From contig CAZDOJ010000001.1 in the NCBI GenBank assembly GCA_964507055.1, positions 657,313 to 721,312 of the forward strand: a DNA stretch of 64,000 bases. The letters run 5' to 3'. The notes below the pieces were generated by a model, which saw only the letters and a list, made by a program, of their open reading frames with translations, had not been told where the DNA came from and did not search any database. The DNA comes from an uncultured Gammaproteobacteria bacterium (GTDB taxonomy: Bacteria; Patescibacteriota; Microgenomatia; Levybacterales; UBA12049). Below, in pieces: positions 38,109 through 48,128 of this stretch. A program made the position numbers and the translations under genes. Position 1 is the stretch's first letter. Every line of letters begins with the position of its first letter.

Positions 38109-39776
38109 GTGATAGAAGGTTGCCCGCGTTCTGCTGTTACTTCAAAGTTATCTGAAGGTCGTCCCTTACTACCTCTTACTGCGGTTAAAAAATCTCCTGA
38201 ATTAGTACATTCCACTGAAAGAACCATTCAAGAAGAATGTGGTGTAGTGAGCTTTTATAATCCCAATGGCATTAAGCCTGGTGACTTGCAAGACATGTTC
38301 ATGCAAGGTATGCAAGGAGTAAAACACCGCGGCCCCCAAGGGGCCGGTTTTGTATTAAGAACTATGGAAGGTCGAGTAAGTCGTTTTACAGGTGCCGGTA
38401 AGCTCGAAGAATCAATCCCTCAAGATACTTTAAAGAAGGAAATCAATGAAGATAAAGTTACCTGGATGATGGGACATACAAGATATGGAACAACTGGCGG
38501 CTATGCTCCAGAGAATATTCAACCATGTATTGCAGAAGCACTCGATGGCACAAAAATTTACGTCGCACATAATGGCAATTTCTCCGCTACTGAAAAGATG
38601 CGAACAATCCTCGATAAACAATATCCAGAAGATATAAGTGATACATACCTCTTTACACAAGTTCTTGCACAAATGGAGGGAGACTCATGGGATGAAAAGA
38701 TTAGAAAAACAATGAATGCTATTCCCGGAGCTGCAAGTGTTTTGATAGGAATTGGTGATGCACTTTACGCTGCACGAGACAAAAAAGGGATGAGACCATT
38801 TGTCATTGGTAAAAAGGATGATACATGGATGACTGCTTCTGAGACGCTTGCATTTGATAATGCAGGTGCTGAGGTATACAGAGAGATACTCCCAGGTGAG
38901 ATCGTACGATTCGATGATGAAGGTATAACAACTATAAAAAATGGCTCAAAGGAAAAGCAACGAGAATGTGCTTGGGAAGGAGTTTACTTTATGCAAGGTG
39001 AATCGCTGAGCAATCCTTCCCCTGAAGATTTACCACCATCTGAATGGGTTGAAAATAATGTTCTTCGTCGAAGTATCGGTATGCAATTAGCTGAAGAGGA
39101 AAAAGCAAGAGAAATGCATAAGAAACATATCGCCGAAAGTGAAAGGATTGCATATAAACCGTTCCAACCTGACTTTGTCGTAGGAATTCCCCAATCTGGC
39201 ATACCGTTTGGAGAGGGATATGCTGAAGGAATGGGAATACCATATCTTCCACTTGTTAAGAAAATCACACAGGAGCGACAATTTCTTGACCAGGATGTAA
39301 CAGGCATTAAAGAACGAGTCTCCGATAATCTCCTCATTCACGATCCTGAATCATGGAAAGGAAAAGTTGTTGTTCTTGTCGATGATTCAATTGTTCGAGG
39401 AAGTGTTTCAAAAGGATTAACAGAGACACTTCAAGAACTTGGAGCAGAAGTTCACTGGAGATCAGGTCTTCCAATGATTATGGATACATGTCACCTTGGA
39501 GTTAGTATCCGTGAAGAGAAAGAACTTATCGCTGCACGAAACCATGGAGATGAAGATGCAATTGCAGAAGAGGTTGGAGCAGCGAGTGTCCATTATATAA
39601 CTGATGAAGGCTTTAACAAAGGCCGCCGCGGAGAACTGTATGTAGCACCACAAAAAGGCGAAGATGTTTATAAAGTGAATGGATTATGTGGAGGTTGTTT
39701 TACGTCTGGAGAAAACGATTATGCGTACAATAGAGAAAGACCTGTTACAGATATTTTTGTGAGCTTACGACAATAA
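38109..39776 (+). CDS. purF: Amidophosphoribosyltransferase-like (Ntn glutaminase + PRTase, Fe-S type)
   Basis: EE|CGVV, HRG, GHTRYGT, HNGN, SDT, RPFVIG, ASET, VLVDDSIVRG; Cys ligands CAWE, TCHLG, CGGC. Confidence 0.85.
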   Translation: MIEGCPRSAVTSKLSEGRPLLPLTAVKKSPELVHSTERTIQEECGVVSFYNPNGIKPGDLQDMFMQGMQGVKHRGPQGAGFVLRTMEGRVSRFTGAGKLEESIPQDTLKKEINEDKVTWMMGHTRYGTTGGYAPENIQPCIAEALDGTKIYVAHNGNFSATEKMRTILDKQYPEDISDTYLFTQVLAQMEGDSWDEKIRKTMNAIPGAASVLIGIGDALYAARDKKGMRPFVIGKKDDTWMTASETLAFDNAGAEVYREILPGEIVRFDDEGITTIKNGSKEKQRECAWEGVYFMQGESLSNPSPEDLPPSEWVENNVLRRSIGMQLAEEEKAREMHKKHIAESERIAYKPFQPDFVVGIPQSGIPFGEGYAEGMGIPYLPLVKKITQERQFLDQDVTGIKERVSDNLLIHDPESWKGKVVVLVDDSIVRGSVSKGLTETLQELGAEVHWRSGLPMIMDTCHLGVSIREEKELIAARNHGDEDAIAEEVGAASVHYITDEGFNKGRRGELYVAPQKGEDVYKVNGLCGGCFTSGENDYAYNRERPVTDIFVSLRQ

Positions 39777-41273
39777 TTTTTTTGCAAAATATTCTTTAAG
39801 CTCTGCAAGCTTAACTCGTTCTTGCTTCATTGTATCTCTGTCTCTGACCGTTACAGCATCATCTTCAAGTGTTTCAAAGTCGACCGTCACACACCATGGT
39901 GTACCGATCTCATCTTGTGCAAGATATCTCTTTCCAATATTTCCGCGAGCATCAAAAATAGCCATGAAATCGTTACTGAGATCCTCAAAAAGAGCATTTG
40001 CTTTCTTTACTAGTTCCTCTTTATTCGCAAGGAGCGGGAAAACAGCAACTTTGTATGGAGCAATCTTTGGATCAATCTTAAGTACAGTTCTATTTTCTTC
40101 TTCAGTGTACGCATCGGCCAAAACCATAAGCATCAAACGATTGACACCAACTGCCGGTTCAATAACATGGGGTACGATTTTTTTCCCTGTTTGTGGATCA
40201 ACAACAGACAAATCTTTATTTGAATAGTTAATATGCTGCGTTAAATCGTAATCAGTTCTATACGCGAGTCCCCATAACTCTTTTATTCCAAATGGAAATG
40301 CATATTCAAGATCTTCAGTTTTTTTACTATAGAATGATCGCTCTTCATCTGTATGAAGTCTCCATCGGAGATTTTCTTCTTTAATCCCTAATTGCTTTGT
40401 CACGAATTCGTGCATTCGCTTTTTCCAAGCTTCGTATAGCGGCTCCCAATCCGACTCTTGCGGATCAAAGAAGTATTCTATCTCCGCTTGATCGAATTCG
40501 ATAGTGCGGAAAATAGAATTACCTGGTGTAATCTCATTTCGGAAAGATTTACCTTGTTGTGCGATACCAAAAGGTAACTTTACACGATTTGATGCTAGAA
40601 CATTTTTAAAGTTAGTAAAGATTAATTGAGCAGTTTCTCCACGAAGATACCCCTTGCCCTCGTCTCCTTCGACAATTCCTAATTGGATAGGAAAGAGCTG
40701 ATTAAACTTACGTACTTTTGTCCAATTATTATCCTTCTTTGGTGTTGAACCACACTTCGGACAAGGAATATTATGTTGTTTAATAATCGCATCAAATTGC
40801 TTTGTACTTAAACCTTCAACTTTTCCTGTCGAAATATATGCTGAGACAACCTCTTTTGTTAAAGGCTCTTCAAATTCTTTATGCTTTTCTGCGTAATCTT
40901 TTAATTCATCTCCATGCACTTCAAGATAATCTTCAACGAGATGGTCTCCACGCATACGTGCTTTACAAACTTTACAATCAACTAAGGCATCAGCAAATCC
41001 CGCTACATGACCTGATGCTTCCCAGATTTTATGATGAGAAATAATACTTCCATCGAGTCCAACCATATCAGGACGTTTTTGGACAAAATATTTCCACCAA
41101 AGATTTTTTATATTTCGAAGGAGTTCTGTACCAACAGGCCCATAATCATAGGTGTTTGCAAGCCCCCCATAGATCTCAGATCCCGGATAAATAAACCCAC
41201 GACGTTTTGCTAGAGCAACAATCTTTTCCATTTTACCTGTGTCAATTGAGGTTTTCTTTTCTTTATCAGCCAT
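39765..41273 (-). CDS. glyS: Glycine--tRNA ligase, homodimeric (alpha2) type
   Basis: KRRGFIYPGSEIYGG, YDYGPVG, WEASGH, YLRGETAQ, GKSFRNEITP, VIEPAVG, DEIGTP. Confidence 0.96.
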   Translation of the reverse strand: MADKEKKTSIDTGKMEKIVALAKRRGFIYPGSEIYGGLANTYDYGPVGTELLRNIKNLWWKYFVQKRPDMVGLDGSIISHHKIWEASGHVAGFADALVDCKVCKARMRGDHLVEDYLEVHGDELKDYAEKHKEFEEPLTKEVVSAYISTGKVEGLSTKQFDAIIKQHNIPCPKCGSTPKKDNNWTKVRKFNQLFPIQLGIVEGDEGKGYLRGETAQLIFTNFKNVLASNRVKLPFGIAQQGKSFRNEITPGNSIFRTIEFDQAEIEYFFDPQESDWEPLYEAWKKRMHEFVTKQLGIKEENLRWRLHTDEERSFYSKKTEDLEYAFPFGIKELWGLAYRTDYDLTQHINYSNKDLSVVDPQTGKKIVPHVIEPAVGVNRLMLMVLADAYTEEENRTVLKIDPKIAPYKVAVFPLLANKEELVKKANALFEDLSNDFMAIFDARGNIGKRYLAQDEIGTPWCVTVDFETLEDDAVTVRDRDTMKQERVKLAELKEYFAKKLLS

Positions 41274-41291
41274 GAAAGTATTATAACACGC

Positions 41292-41957
41292 TTATTGTAG
41301 TTTGGAGAAGATATTGTGGCTTTTGAGCTTACGCTCGAGGATGCTTTCTATCATTGTGTGGGTGTCGAAGTTCTTTGAAAGTGGATCTGATTTATTCCAA
41401 TATCCTAACTCCGAAAGGAGTTCAATCTCGAAATGATGGAGTGTTTCATGCAAAGTCCCTCCTGCCTTTGATAAAGAAACTCTGGGAGCATCATTAACTC
41501 CTAGTCCAAATGTACCAATTGTATAATCATCAATATCTGAAGGAATCGTCAGTGGAGCGTTCATAACAATGTCCTGGTTGGATAAAAGGTTCAGAGTATT
41601 CTTTAATAAATAATACACATTACTATTCTCCTGCTCTTCTGGACAGAGTCCATCAACCAATTCACAGAGATGATACGCAAATCCTACTTTAGTAAAATCT
41701 TGCTTGATCTTGGCATGATCATCAATCATTTTTACTTCTGTCAATACATGCATTCCTTTTCCTTTATAAAGATTTAATGTTGCATGGTTAAGAAGTTCTA
41801 TATGTGCAGATCTCCGACTTGTAATTTTGCGAACACCAGTAGCTTTAATAGTGAGTTTCCCAAAATGCGGGGTAAGAACTGTGACTAATCTATCTGCTTC
41901 ACCTAAATTCTTTCTCTTGATGATGATTCCCTCAGTGCGAGTATTACGCATTGGCAT
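41292..41957 (-). CDS. recO: DNA repair protein RecO (short form with internal insertion)
   Basis: GEADRLVTVLT..GK..ATGVRKITSRR..HIE, ELVDGLCPE, LLSELGY. Confidence 0.88.
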   Translation of the reverse strand: MPMRNTRTEGIIIKRKNLGEADRLVTVLTPHFGKLTIKATGVRKITSRRSAHIELLNHATLNLYKGKGMHVLTEVKMIDDHAKIKQDFTKVGFAYHLCELVDGLCPEEQENSNVYYLLKNTLNLLSNQDIVMNAPLTIPSDIDDYTIGTFGLGVNDAPRVSLSKAGGTLHETLHHFEIELLSELGYWNKSDPLSKNFDTHTMIESILERKLKSHNIFSKLQ

Positions 41958-42007
41958 TATTAAAGTATATCAGTTTATGAACGAGCAATCGAGCTGAGCT
42001 AGAAAAT

Positions 42008-44017
42008 TTAGAGGTCGAGTTTGGTCTCTTTATCGGTTGTAAGATTAAATGTCTCTTCGGCTTTACCATTAATCGTTGTTGTATATTCATTTCCTGCAGT
42101 ACCAGGTTGCTTTTGGATAAGTAATGGCAATGGTGACCCTTTTTCAAGTTTGAATGGAAGCTTGTATTTAACTTCAAGTGAGCCAACACCCTTTGGCCGA
42201 ACAGTCACAAATCCTTCAATTACTGTCTTTCCAAGGTCTTCAGACGTTGTCATCTTAACTTGGGAACCTTTACTATCAATCAATTCACTACCCTTAGGAA
42301 CATATATACGGATCCAGTCACGATATTCTGCATTCAAACAAAGTCCTCCACGCTCTAGATTACAATCTGATGGTGGGAATGGATTTTTATATTTGATCGT
42401 GAGCGTTTTTGTGATATTTCCGTCTTTGTCGACTTCATATGCATTATCTACAGTTTCTTGCATAAAGATATTTACTTTTGCACCAGAGAAATTAACTTCA
42501 TTAATATGGAGATAATCACCCTCAAATGGCCTTATTTGGCCAGCCGCATTGAGAGCAACGATACCTTGTTGTGCTTGCTCATCATAAAGCTTAAACATAA
42601 TATGCTTTTGCTGCGTCTGAGCAATAATTGATTGGAACAACGGTCCCCAGTATTGTTGTGGAGATGAAGAAAGTGCTTTCACCATAATTGCTGAGATCAA
42701 ATCTCCGATAACACTCTTTCGATCAGTTTTTATGTAATTAACAGGACGGGAGATATCATTCTCAAGTGCGTAAATAACTTGTGGACAATCACATCGTGCA
42801 TCTGTTTCTGTTGTAAACGTCTGGCCACCAGCTTGAACTTGATCATCGAGAATCTTAATTGTAGATACAAGAACATGCGTATCAATAGCGATAATGCCAT
42901 CAACATCTTCCTTTAATGCTGCACGATTGTACATCTCTTCAAAAGTTTTCATCGACTCTAAGAAATCTGGTGATAAATTACTGTCACGCAAATTCAATGT
43001 GTACACCTTTGGAAGGTACTTCAAGATTGGAGCTGGAGCTTTTGGCTTATTTGGGATGGAATCATCTAGCTTATAAATATCATCTGATTTTTCGAATTTA
43101 ATAATACCCTTATCAATACTAAAGACAGCATATGCTGTGATAAATCCACCAGTCGCACGAAGTTCTTTATCATTTTGGAATATTACGAGATACCGCTTCG
43201 CTTCTTGCTCTCCGAGAAGAGATGGAAGTGTTTTGATAAGAGGTTTTGCGTCACTGACAGCTGTAGCTGTTTGATCAGCTGTTACTCGAAGCATTGTAAG
43301 TTGATCTTTTACTTTATTACCAAAAATAATCTTTGGATAATGATTTGGATCTACTTGATCGATCTCTTCTTGAACTTTAACAAGTGAAGCTTCGATCTTA
43401 TCTATTTCAGGTGTGATCTTACCCATACTCAAAACAGCTGTTTTGATACGATCTTCTGTTGATCCACCTGCAAAACTATCATTTCCCTTAAGTCCTAATA
43501 CATCAGCATATGGAGTTAAAGAATCAGCAACTGTTTTTGCACTATCCAATCCATGTTCTCCAGCATTAAGCATATGCTCTGCATCCGAGTAATACCAGCC
43601 AACAATAGGAACAAACTTTAATGGAAGGAGATATCCAAGATTCTTCTGTGTCTCTTTTAATGAAACTTGTGTCTTGGAGATTTCTTGTGAGGCAAGTTCA
43701 ACATTTTGTTTCTTCAATGCATTTTTAATAAGCATTGCTTGTCGATATGTCTTTAATCCAGATTGATATGTAGCGTATGCTGGAATACTAATTAAAACGA
43801 CGATAAGAGCGAATATACCCAAACCAATATAAAGCTTTTTTGAAACTTTAAACTTTTTACCTCCTGTACTTCCTTTTCGTCTTTTTGCCATAGGATCCTC
43901 CGTTATGCTTTTACTGTTTGCGAAATCCTGCGGAGCTTTTCTCGATACATTTGTTGATGATTGTGCTGCAGGAGTTCTTGTTGATTGTGCAAATTCTATT
44001 TTATCAAATCCAGCCAT
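42008..44017 (-). CDS. DUF4012-domain membrane-anchored protein
   Basis: TM then helical region; YLVIFQNDKELRATGGF, RDSNLSPDF, DGIIAID, QKQPG. Confidence 0.8.
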   Translation of the reverse strand: MAGFDKIEFAQSTRTPAAQSSTNVSRKAPQDFANSKSITEDPMAKRRKGSTGGKKFKVSKKLYIGLGIFALIVVLISIPAYATYQSGLKTYRQAMLIKNALKKQNVELASQEISKTQVSLKETQKNLGYLLPLKFVPIVGWYYSDAEHMLNAGEHGLDSAKTVADSLTPYADVLGLKGNDSFAGGSTEDRIKTAVLSMGKITPEIDKIEASLVKVQEEIDQVDPNHYPKIIFGNKVKDQLTMLRVTADQTATAVSDAKPLIKTLPSLLGEQEAKRYLVIFQNDKELRATGGFITAYAVFSIDKGIIKFEKSDDIYKLDDSIPNKPKAPAPILKYLPKVYTLNLRDSNLSPDFLESMKTFEEMYNRAALKEDVDGIIAIDTHVLVSTIKILDDQVQAGGQTFTTETDARCDCPQVIYALENDISRPVNYIKTDRKSVIGDLISAIMVKALSSSPQQYWGPLFQSIIAQTQQKHIMFKLYDEQAQQGIVALNAAGQIRPFEGDYLHINEVNFSGAKVNIFMQETVDNAYEVDKDGNITKTLTIKYKNPFPPSDCNLERGGLCLNAEYRDWIRIYVPKGSELIDSKGSQVKMTTSEDLGKTVIEGFVTVRPKGVGSLEVKYKLPFKLEKGSPLPLLIQKQPGTAGNEYTTTINGKAEETFNLTTDKETKLDL

Positions 44018-44125
44018 TATATATAATCCCTTTTCAAAATATTGTACTCACCCGTTCGTAGTCATTAGCGGTACACTCTATGATACAGAAAATTTTCTTC
44101 GCTTGTCAACTTGACAATATCTGAA

Positions 44126-44794
44126 TTAAGAAGCACCCTTCCCTGAAACCATGGCCCAAGGAGTCTTGAGGATGATGTAAATATCAAGCAAAATTGAATT
44201 TTTTCGTGCGTAATCTGCATCCATTTGGATACGTTTATCAAATTTTACTTCACTACGGCCTGAGACTTGCCAATAGCCGGTAATACCAGGCTTAACAGAG
44301 AGCACTTCTTTCACAAGTCCTTTTGTTTGTGGGTAGGTTTTTTGTTGTCTTTCAAGCTCTTCTGGATAATATGGACGAGGGCCAACAAGACTCATTTCTC
44401 CTTTGAGCACATTTAAAAGCTGAGGGATCTCATCTAATGAATATTTTCGAATAATTCTTCCAAACCGTGTTATTCGTGGATCATTTTTAATTTTGTAATT
44501 TCCACCTTTTTGCTGTTCTTCATATGCTTTTTTAAATTTTGGATCTGTTTTTAATAAGTAATATGCGTTGACGATCATTGATCTAAATTTATATGGATAG
44601 AAAAATTTATTGTCTCTTCCAACTCTTCGTGGAGTGTCTGCAAGAATAGGACCCTTTGATTCTAATTTAATTGCTATCGCGACAAAAATAATAATTGGAG
44701 AAAATAAAAGAAGGAGAAAAACAGAAGAAACAATATCAATAGTTCTCTTTACTATTTCGTAGGTTATGCTTTGAGTATGTTTTTTTGAAGACAT
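44126..44794 (-). CDS. Priming phosphoglycosyl transferase (Bac_transf family)
   Basis: KRTIDI, YKFRSM, DPRITRFG, SLDEIPQL, GEMSLVGPRP, KPGITGYWQVSGR. Confidence 0.95.
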   Translation of the reverse strand: MSSKKHTQSITYEIVKRTIDIVSSVFLLLLFSPIIIFVAIAIKLESKGPILADTPRRVGRDNKFFYPYKFRSMIVNAYYLLKTDPKFKKAYEEQQKGGNYKIKNDPRITRFGRIIRKYSLDEIPQLLNVLKGEMSLVGPRPYYPEELERQQKTYPQTKGLVKEVLSVKPGITGYWQVSGRSEVKFDKRIQMDADYARKNSILLDIYIILKTPWAMVSGKGAS

Positions 44795-44796
44795 GG

Positions 44797-45882
44797 CTAT
44801 GCCAGATGTTCGTAATCTGTCCCGCTAAGATTTTGTACGAACTTCTTTATCTTAGGGACAGAATCTTTTGGACAAATGAGAATAACATCGTCCATGCTTA
44901 CAACTACTAGACCTTGCAAATCGATACCCACAATCAACTGTTTTGTTTCATTATGCAAAATCGAATCGACACAATCTTCAAGCAATACTTTACCTTTTGT
45001 GACATTTGCATCAATATCATCACTGAGAGCTTCTTTTAAGGCTTCCCATGCACCAATATCACTCCATCCAATATCAGCTGAAATTACCATACCTGCTTTT
45101 GGATCCATCTTTTCTAAGATAGCATTATCAAAGGAGATCTTGTCTAATTTAGGATATGTTTCAGCCAATACTTTTTCATAGTCATCGGTACCATGTGCAT
45201 CTTGAATCTTTTTAAGATCTTTAAATAACTCTGGTGAAAACTCTTCAAATAGCTTCCAGAGAAATCTTGGAGTTGTAGCGAAGTATCCTAAATTCCATGA
45301 ATGTCGATTATCTTTTGCCCATTCTTTTGCAGTTTCAAGTGCAGGCCTATATTGAAACCCTGTAAATTCATGCACAGGAAATCCTTCAACATTTTCAGTT
45401 TCTTTCCCAAATTCAATATAACCAAGGTTTTGATTCGCGAATCGAGGCTTTTGTCCGATAAATACTATTTTCTCAGGATCCTTAAGAACTAGTTTTTCAG
45501 CAACACGAAGAATCTTACGGAACTCTGCTTCCTTCTTCACAAGGTGATCACTTCCCCAAAGAAGGACAATTGGTTCATCTGGGTTTGTTTTAACGAATTG
45601 CGAGATAACGAGTCCAACAGCGGGACCGACATCACGCATTTCAGGTTCAACAATGACGTTTGTCTCAGGTAGCTCAGGCAATTGCTCATGAATATGTCCT
45701 GCGTATTGTGTACCTGTTGAGATGTAGACATCTTCCCATGCAAATTCAGGGAATAACTTGTGAACAGCTATTTGGAGCATGGAACGATCAGCGATGATCT
45801 TTCCAAATTGTTTGGGAGCGTTTTTACGTGAGAGTGGCCATAATCTACTTCCAACTCCCCCTGCAAAAAGAACTATTTTCAT
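44797..45882 (-). CDS. manC: Mannose-1-phosphate guanylyltransferase
   Basis: AGGVGSRLWPLSR..PKQF, EP, SDH, GYIE, ISFDNAILEK, WSDIGAW. Confidence 0.9.
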   Translation of the reverse strand: MKIVLFAGGVGSRLWPLSRKNAPKQFGKIIADRSMLQIAVHKLFPEFAWEDVYISTGTQYAGHIHEQLPELPETNVIVEPEMRDVGPAVGLVISQFVKTNPDEPIVLLWGSDHLVKKEAEFRKILRVAEKLVLKDPEKIVFIGQKPRFANQNLGYIEFGKETENVEGFPVHEFTGFQYRPALETAKEWAKDNRHSWNLGYFATTPRFLWKLFEEFSPELFKDLKKIQDAHGTDDYEKVLAETYPKLDKISFDNAILEKMDPKAGMVISADIGWSDIGAWEALKEALSDDIDANVTKGKVLLEDCVDSILHNETKQLIVGIDLQGLVVVSMDDVILICPKDSVPKIKKFVQNLSGTDYEHLA

Positions 45883-45905
45883 ATCGTATCTGTACCATTA
45901 TAGTA

Positions 45906-46991
45906 TTAAATCACTTTCTTCACAAGTCTAAGAAACTCCTCCTTAAACTTTTTTTCACTGAACTTCTCGGCATTCTTTCGAACAGCTTTTTTATCAAACT
46001 TCATTTGATCAAATTGTTTCAGAGCATCAATAAGCGACCCAACCGTTTGTTGCTCAAAGAATAAACCTGTTTTCCCTGCTACAACGGTATCCAACGTACC
46101 GCCTTTGCGTAATGCAATGACAGGCTTTCCAAAAGCTTGTGCTTCAACGACCACCAATCCAAAATCCTCAACTGCTGGGAAAATGAGTGCTTTGCAATCT
46201 CGATAATAGGTAATCAATTCTTTATCGGTTAAGTTTCCAAGAAATTCAACTGTTGGACCAGCCATTGATTCTAGCTCTTGCTTCCAACTTCCTTCTCCAA
46301 CAATTTTTAGAGGAAGCTTTAATTTATTACATGCCTCGATAGCGATATCGACACGCTTATACTTGGTAAACTTTGAAAGACGCGAAACTACAAGAAAGTA
46401 CCCTTTGTCTTTACTTTGTGCCATCGTTTTAGCTGATGGAGCCAACGTAACTGGAGGATACACAATGAGGGATTCACGTTGGTAGTATTTTGTAATTCGT
46501 CCCTGAACTTCTGATGATATTGCCACTAACATATCCGGACGTGCTGCAGCTGCTTTATCCCATTTCCGTAAATATGATACAACTGGATTTGCGGCCATAC
46601 GTAAACCGGGATTTTTAAAATACTCTTCATAACCGCTCCAAAGATATCGAGTAGGAGTCAAGACATAGCTAATGTGTTTTGTTCCAGGCTTGGTAATTAT
46701 TCCCTTTGCAGCTTCACTTGTCACAGATATAACTAAATCATAGTTCTCAAATGAAAACCGCTCAAACGCCATCGGCATAAGAAATGGATACATTTCATGA
46801 TTTTTAACTGCATGAGGATATTTTTGTAAAAAAGAGGTTTTGATATCAAACACATCTGCCCACTTTGCAGTATGGGAATTATATACAGATGTAAAAAGAG
46901 GAGCTTTTGGGAATAGCTTGTGCAGGGCGAGAAGAACACGCTCTGCCCCACCCCATTTATTAACTCTATCGTAAACTAACGCTACTTTCAT
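45906..46991 (-). CDS. Glycosyltransferase family 4 (mannosyltransferase-like)
   Basis: GGAERVL, TPTRYLW, YKRVD, EDFGLVVVEAQAFGKPV. Confidence 0.92.
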   Translation of the reverse strand: MKVALVYDRVNKWGGAERVLLALHKLFPKAPLFTSVYNSHTAKWADVFDIKTSFLQKYPHAVKNHEMYPFLMPMAFERFSFENYDLVISVTSEAAKGIITKPGTKHISYVLTPTRYLWSGYEEYFKNPGLRMAANPVVSYLRKWDKAAAARPDMLVAISSEVQGRITKYYQRESLIVYPPVTLAPSAKTMAQSKDKGYFLVVSRLSKFTKYKRVDIAIEACNKLKLPLKIVGEGSWKQELESMAGPTVEFLGNLTDKELITYYRDCKALIFPAVEDFGLVVVEAQAFGKPVIALRKGGTLDTVVAGKTGLFFEQQTVGSLIDALKQFDQMKFDKKAVRKNAEKFSEKKFKEEFLRLVKKVI

Positions 46992-48105
46992 AAACTTTCA
47001 CTGTTTCTTCAGCCATTTTCTTCCATGAGAACTGCTTTGCAAGAGCCATACCCTTTTCCTTTTTGGCTTGATATTGTTCTATATTTTTTAGAACTTTTTG
47101 CATTGTATCACTCATATTATCTATATCAAGCGGATTAAAGTAGATTGCAGCATCTTTATAGATTTCTTTAAATACCGGAATATCTGATGCAAGCACTAAG
47201 CACTGCTGCTGCATAGCTTCTAATCCTGGCAATCCAAACCCTTCCATCAATGAAGGAAAAACAAAGGCTTGAGCATTCTTATAGAGAGAACCTAGTTCTT
47301 CATCCGACACTATGCCTGTAAAAATTATACTTTTTTCAATAGATAATGTACTTGCATATTTTTCAAGCTCTTGGTAAAAATAATTCTTTTTTCCGACAAG
47401 AACTAGTTTTGTGGCAGGGAACTTCTCCAAAACATTTTTAAAACTTCTCAGCATACGTTCAATATTTTTATGTGGATAGGCATTCCCAACATACAATAAA
47501 TATTGCGTGCTATGAAGCGAGTGCAGCAGATCATTCTTTGAATGTGTATGTATTGATAAATGAGGGTCTACTCCCTCGTAAATAACGGCTATCTTTTTTT
47601 CTGAAATAGGTAAATGATCTTGTATCTCTCGTTTTGTTGCTTCTGAAACAGCAATAATTTTTTGAGCTTTTTTAGCTGTTTGCTTAAGAATAAATTTATA
47701 CCCAAGTCGTTTTAAATGGTACATTAGCGAAGGCAATGTCGATGCTTTACCTGTTGGAAAATGATTGATAATAAGATCGTGAATTGTAATAACGTAGGGC
47801 TGATTATATAGAACAGGAATAGAGAAGTAAGGGAAATGCACAAGATCTAAAGACTCGTTTTCTAAAACTTTATAAAATAATAATTGCTCTTCAATACTAT
47901 GCCATTTGATATCAGTTTCTACCAATTTCCATCGACTAGCTTTCGCTTTTGTAAAGTTAAAAACTTCATTCGACGATGCAGCTGGAGTAACAAATAAAAC
48001 ATACTGATTCTTCGTATCTATTTGTTGAAGTTCTGTAATAAGATTGCGGATATATCTACCTACACCAGTTTCATTCCAAAGCCTGGCATCAATACCTATT
48101 CTCAT
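46966..48105 (-). CDS. Glycosyltransferase family 4
   Basis: MRIGIDAR, GVGRY, TIHDL, PHKN, EGFGLPGLEAM; start set at ATG 48105. Confidence 0.92.
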   Translation of the reverse strand: MRIGIDARLWNETGVGRYIRNLITELQQIDTKNQYVLFVTPAASSNEVFNFTKAKASRWKLVETDIKWHSIEEQLLFYKVLENESLDLVHFPYFSIPVLYNQPYVITIHDLIINHFPTGKASTLPSLMYHLKRLGYKFILKQTAKKAQKIIAVSEATKREIQDHLPISEKKIAVIYEGVDPHLSIHTHSKNDLLHSLHSTQYLLYVGNAYPHKNIERMLRSFKNVLEKFPATKLVLVGKKNYFYQELEKYASTLSIEKSIIFTGIVSDEELGSLYKNAQAFVFPSLMEGFGLPGLEAMQQQCLVLASDIPVFKEIYKDAAIYFNPLDIDNMSDTMQKVLKNIEQYQAKKEKGMALAKQFSWKKMAEETVKVYESSVSLR

Positions 48106-48128
48106 GAATAAAGTATAACACAGCCGTA

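Noticed and set aside
40800-40935. Extra charged segment in the GlyRS insertion domain
   Set aside because: This region is length-variable in alpha2 GlyRS; no intein or repeat signature seen
44103-44117. Perfect palindrome TTGTCAA-C-TTGACAA
   Set aside because: One half is the likely -35 of the DUF4012 gene; short, single instance, no further support as an operator
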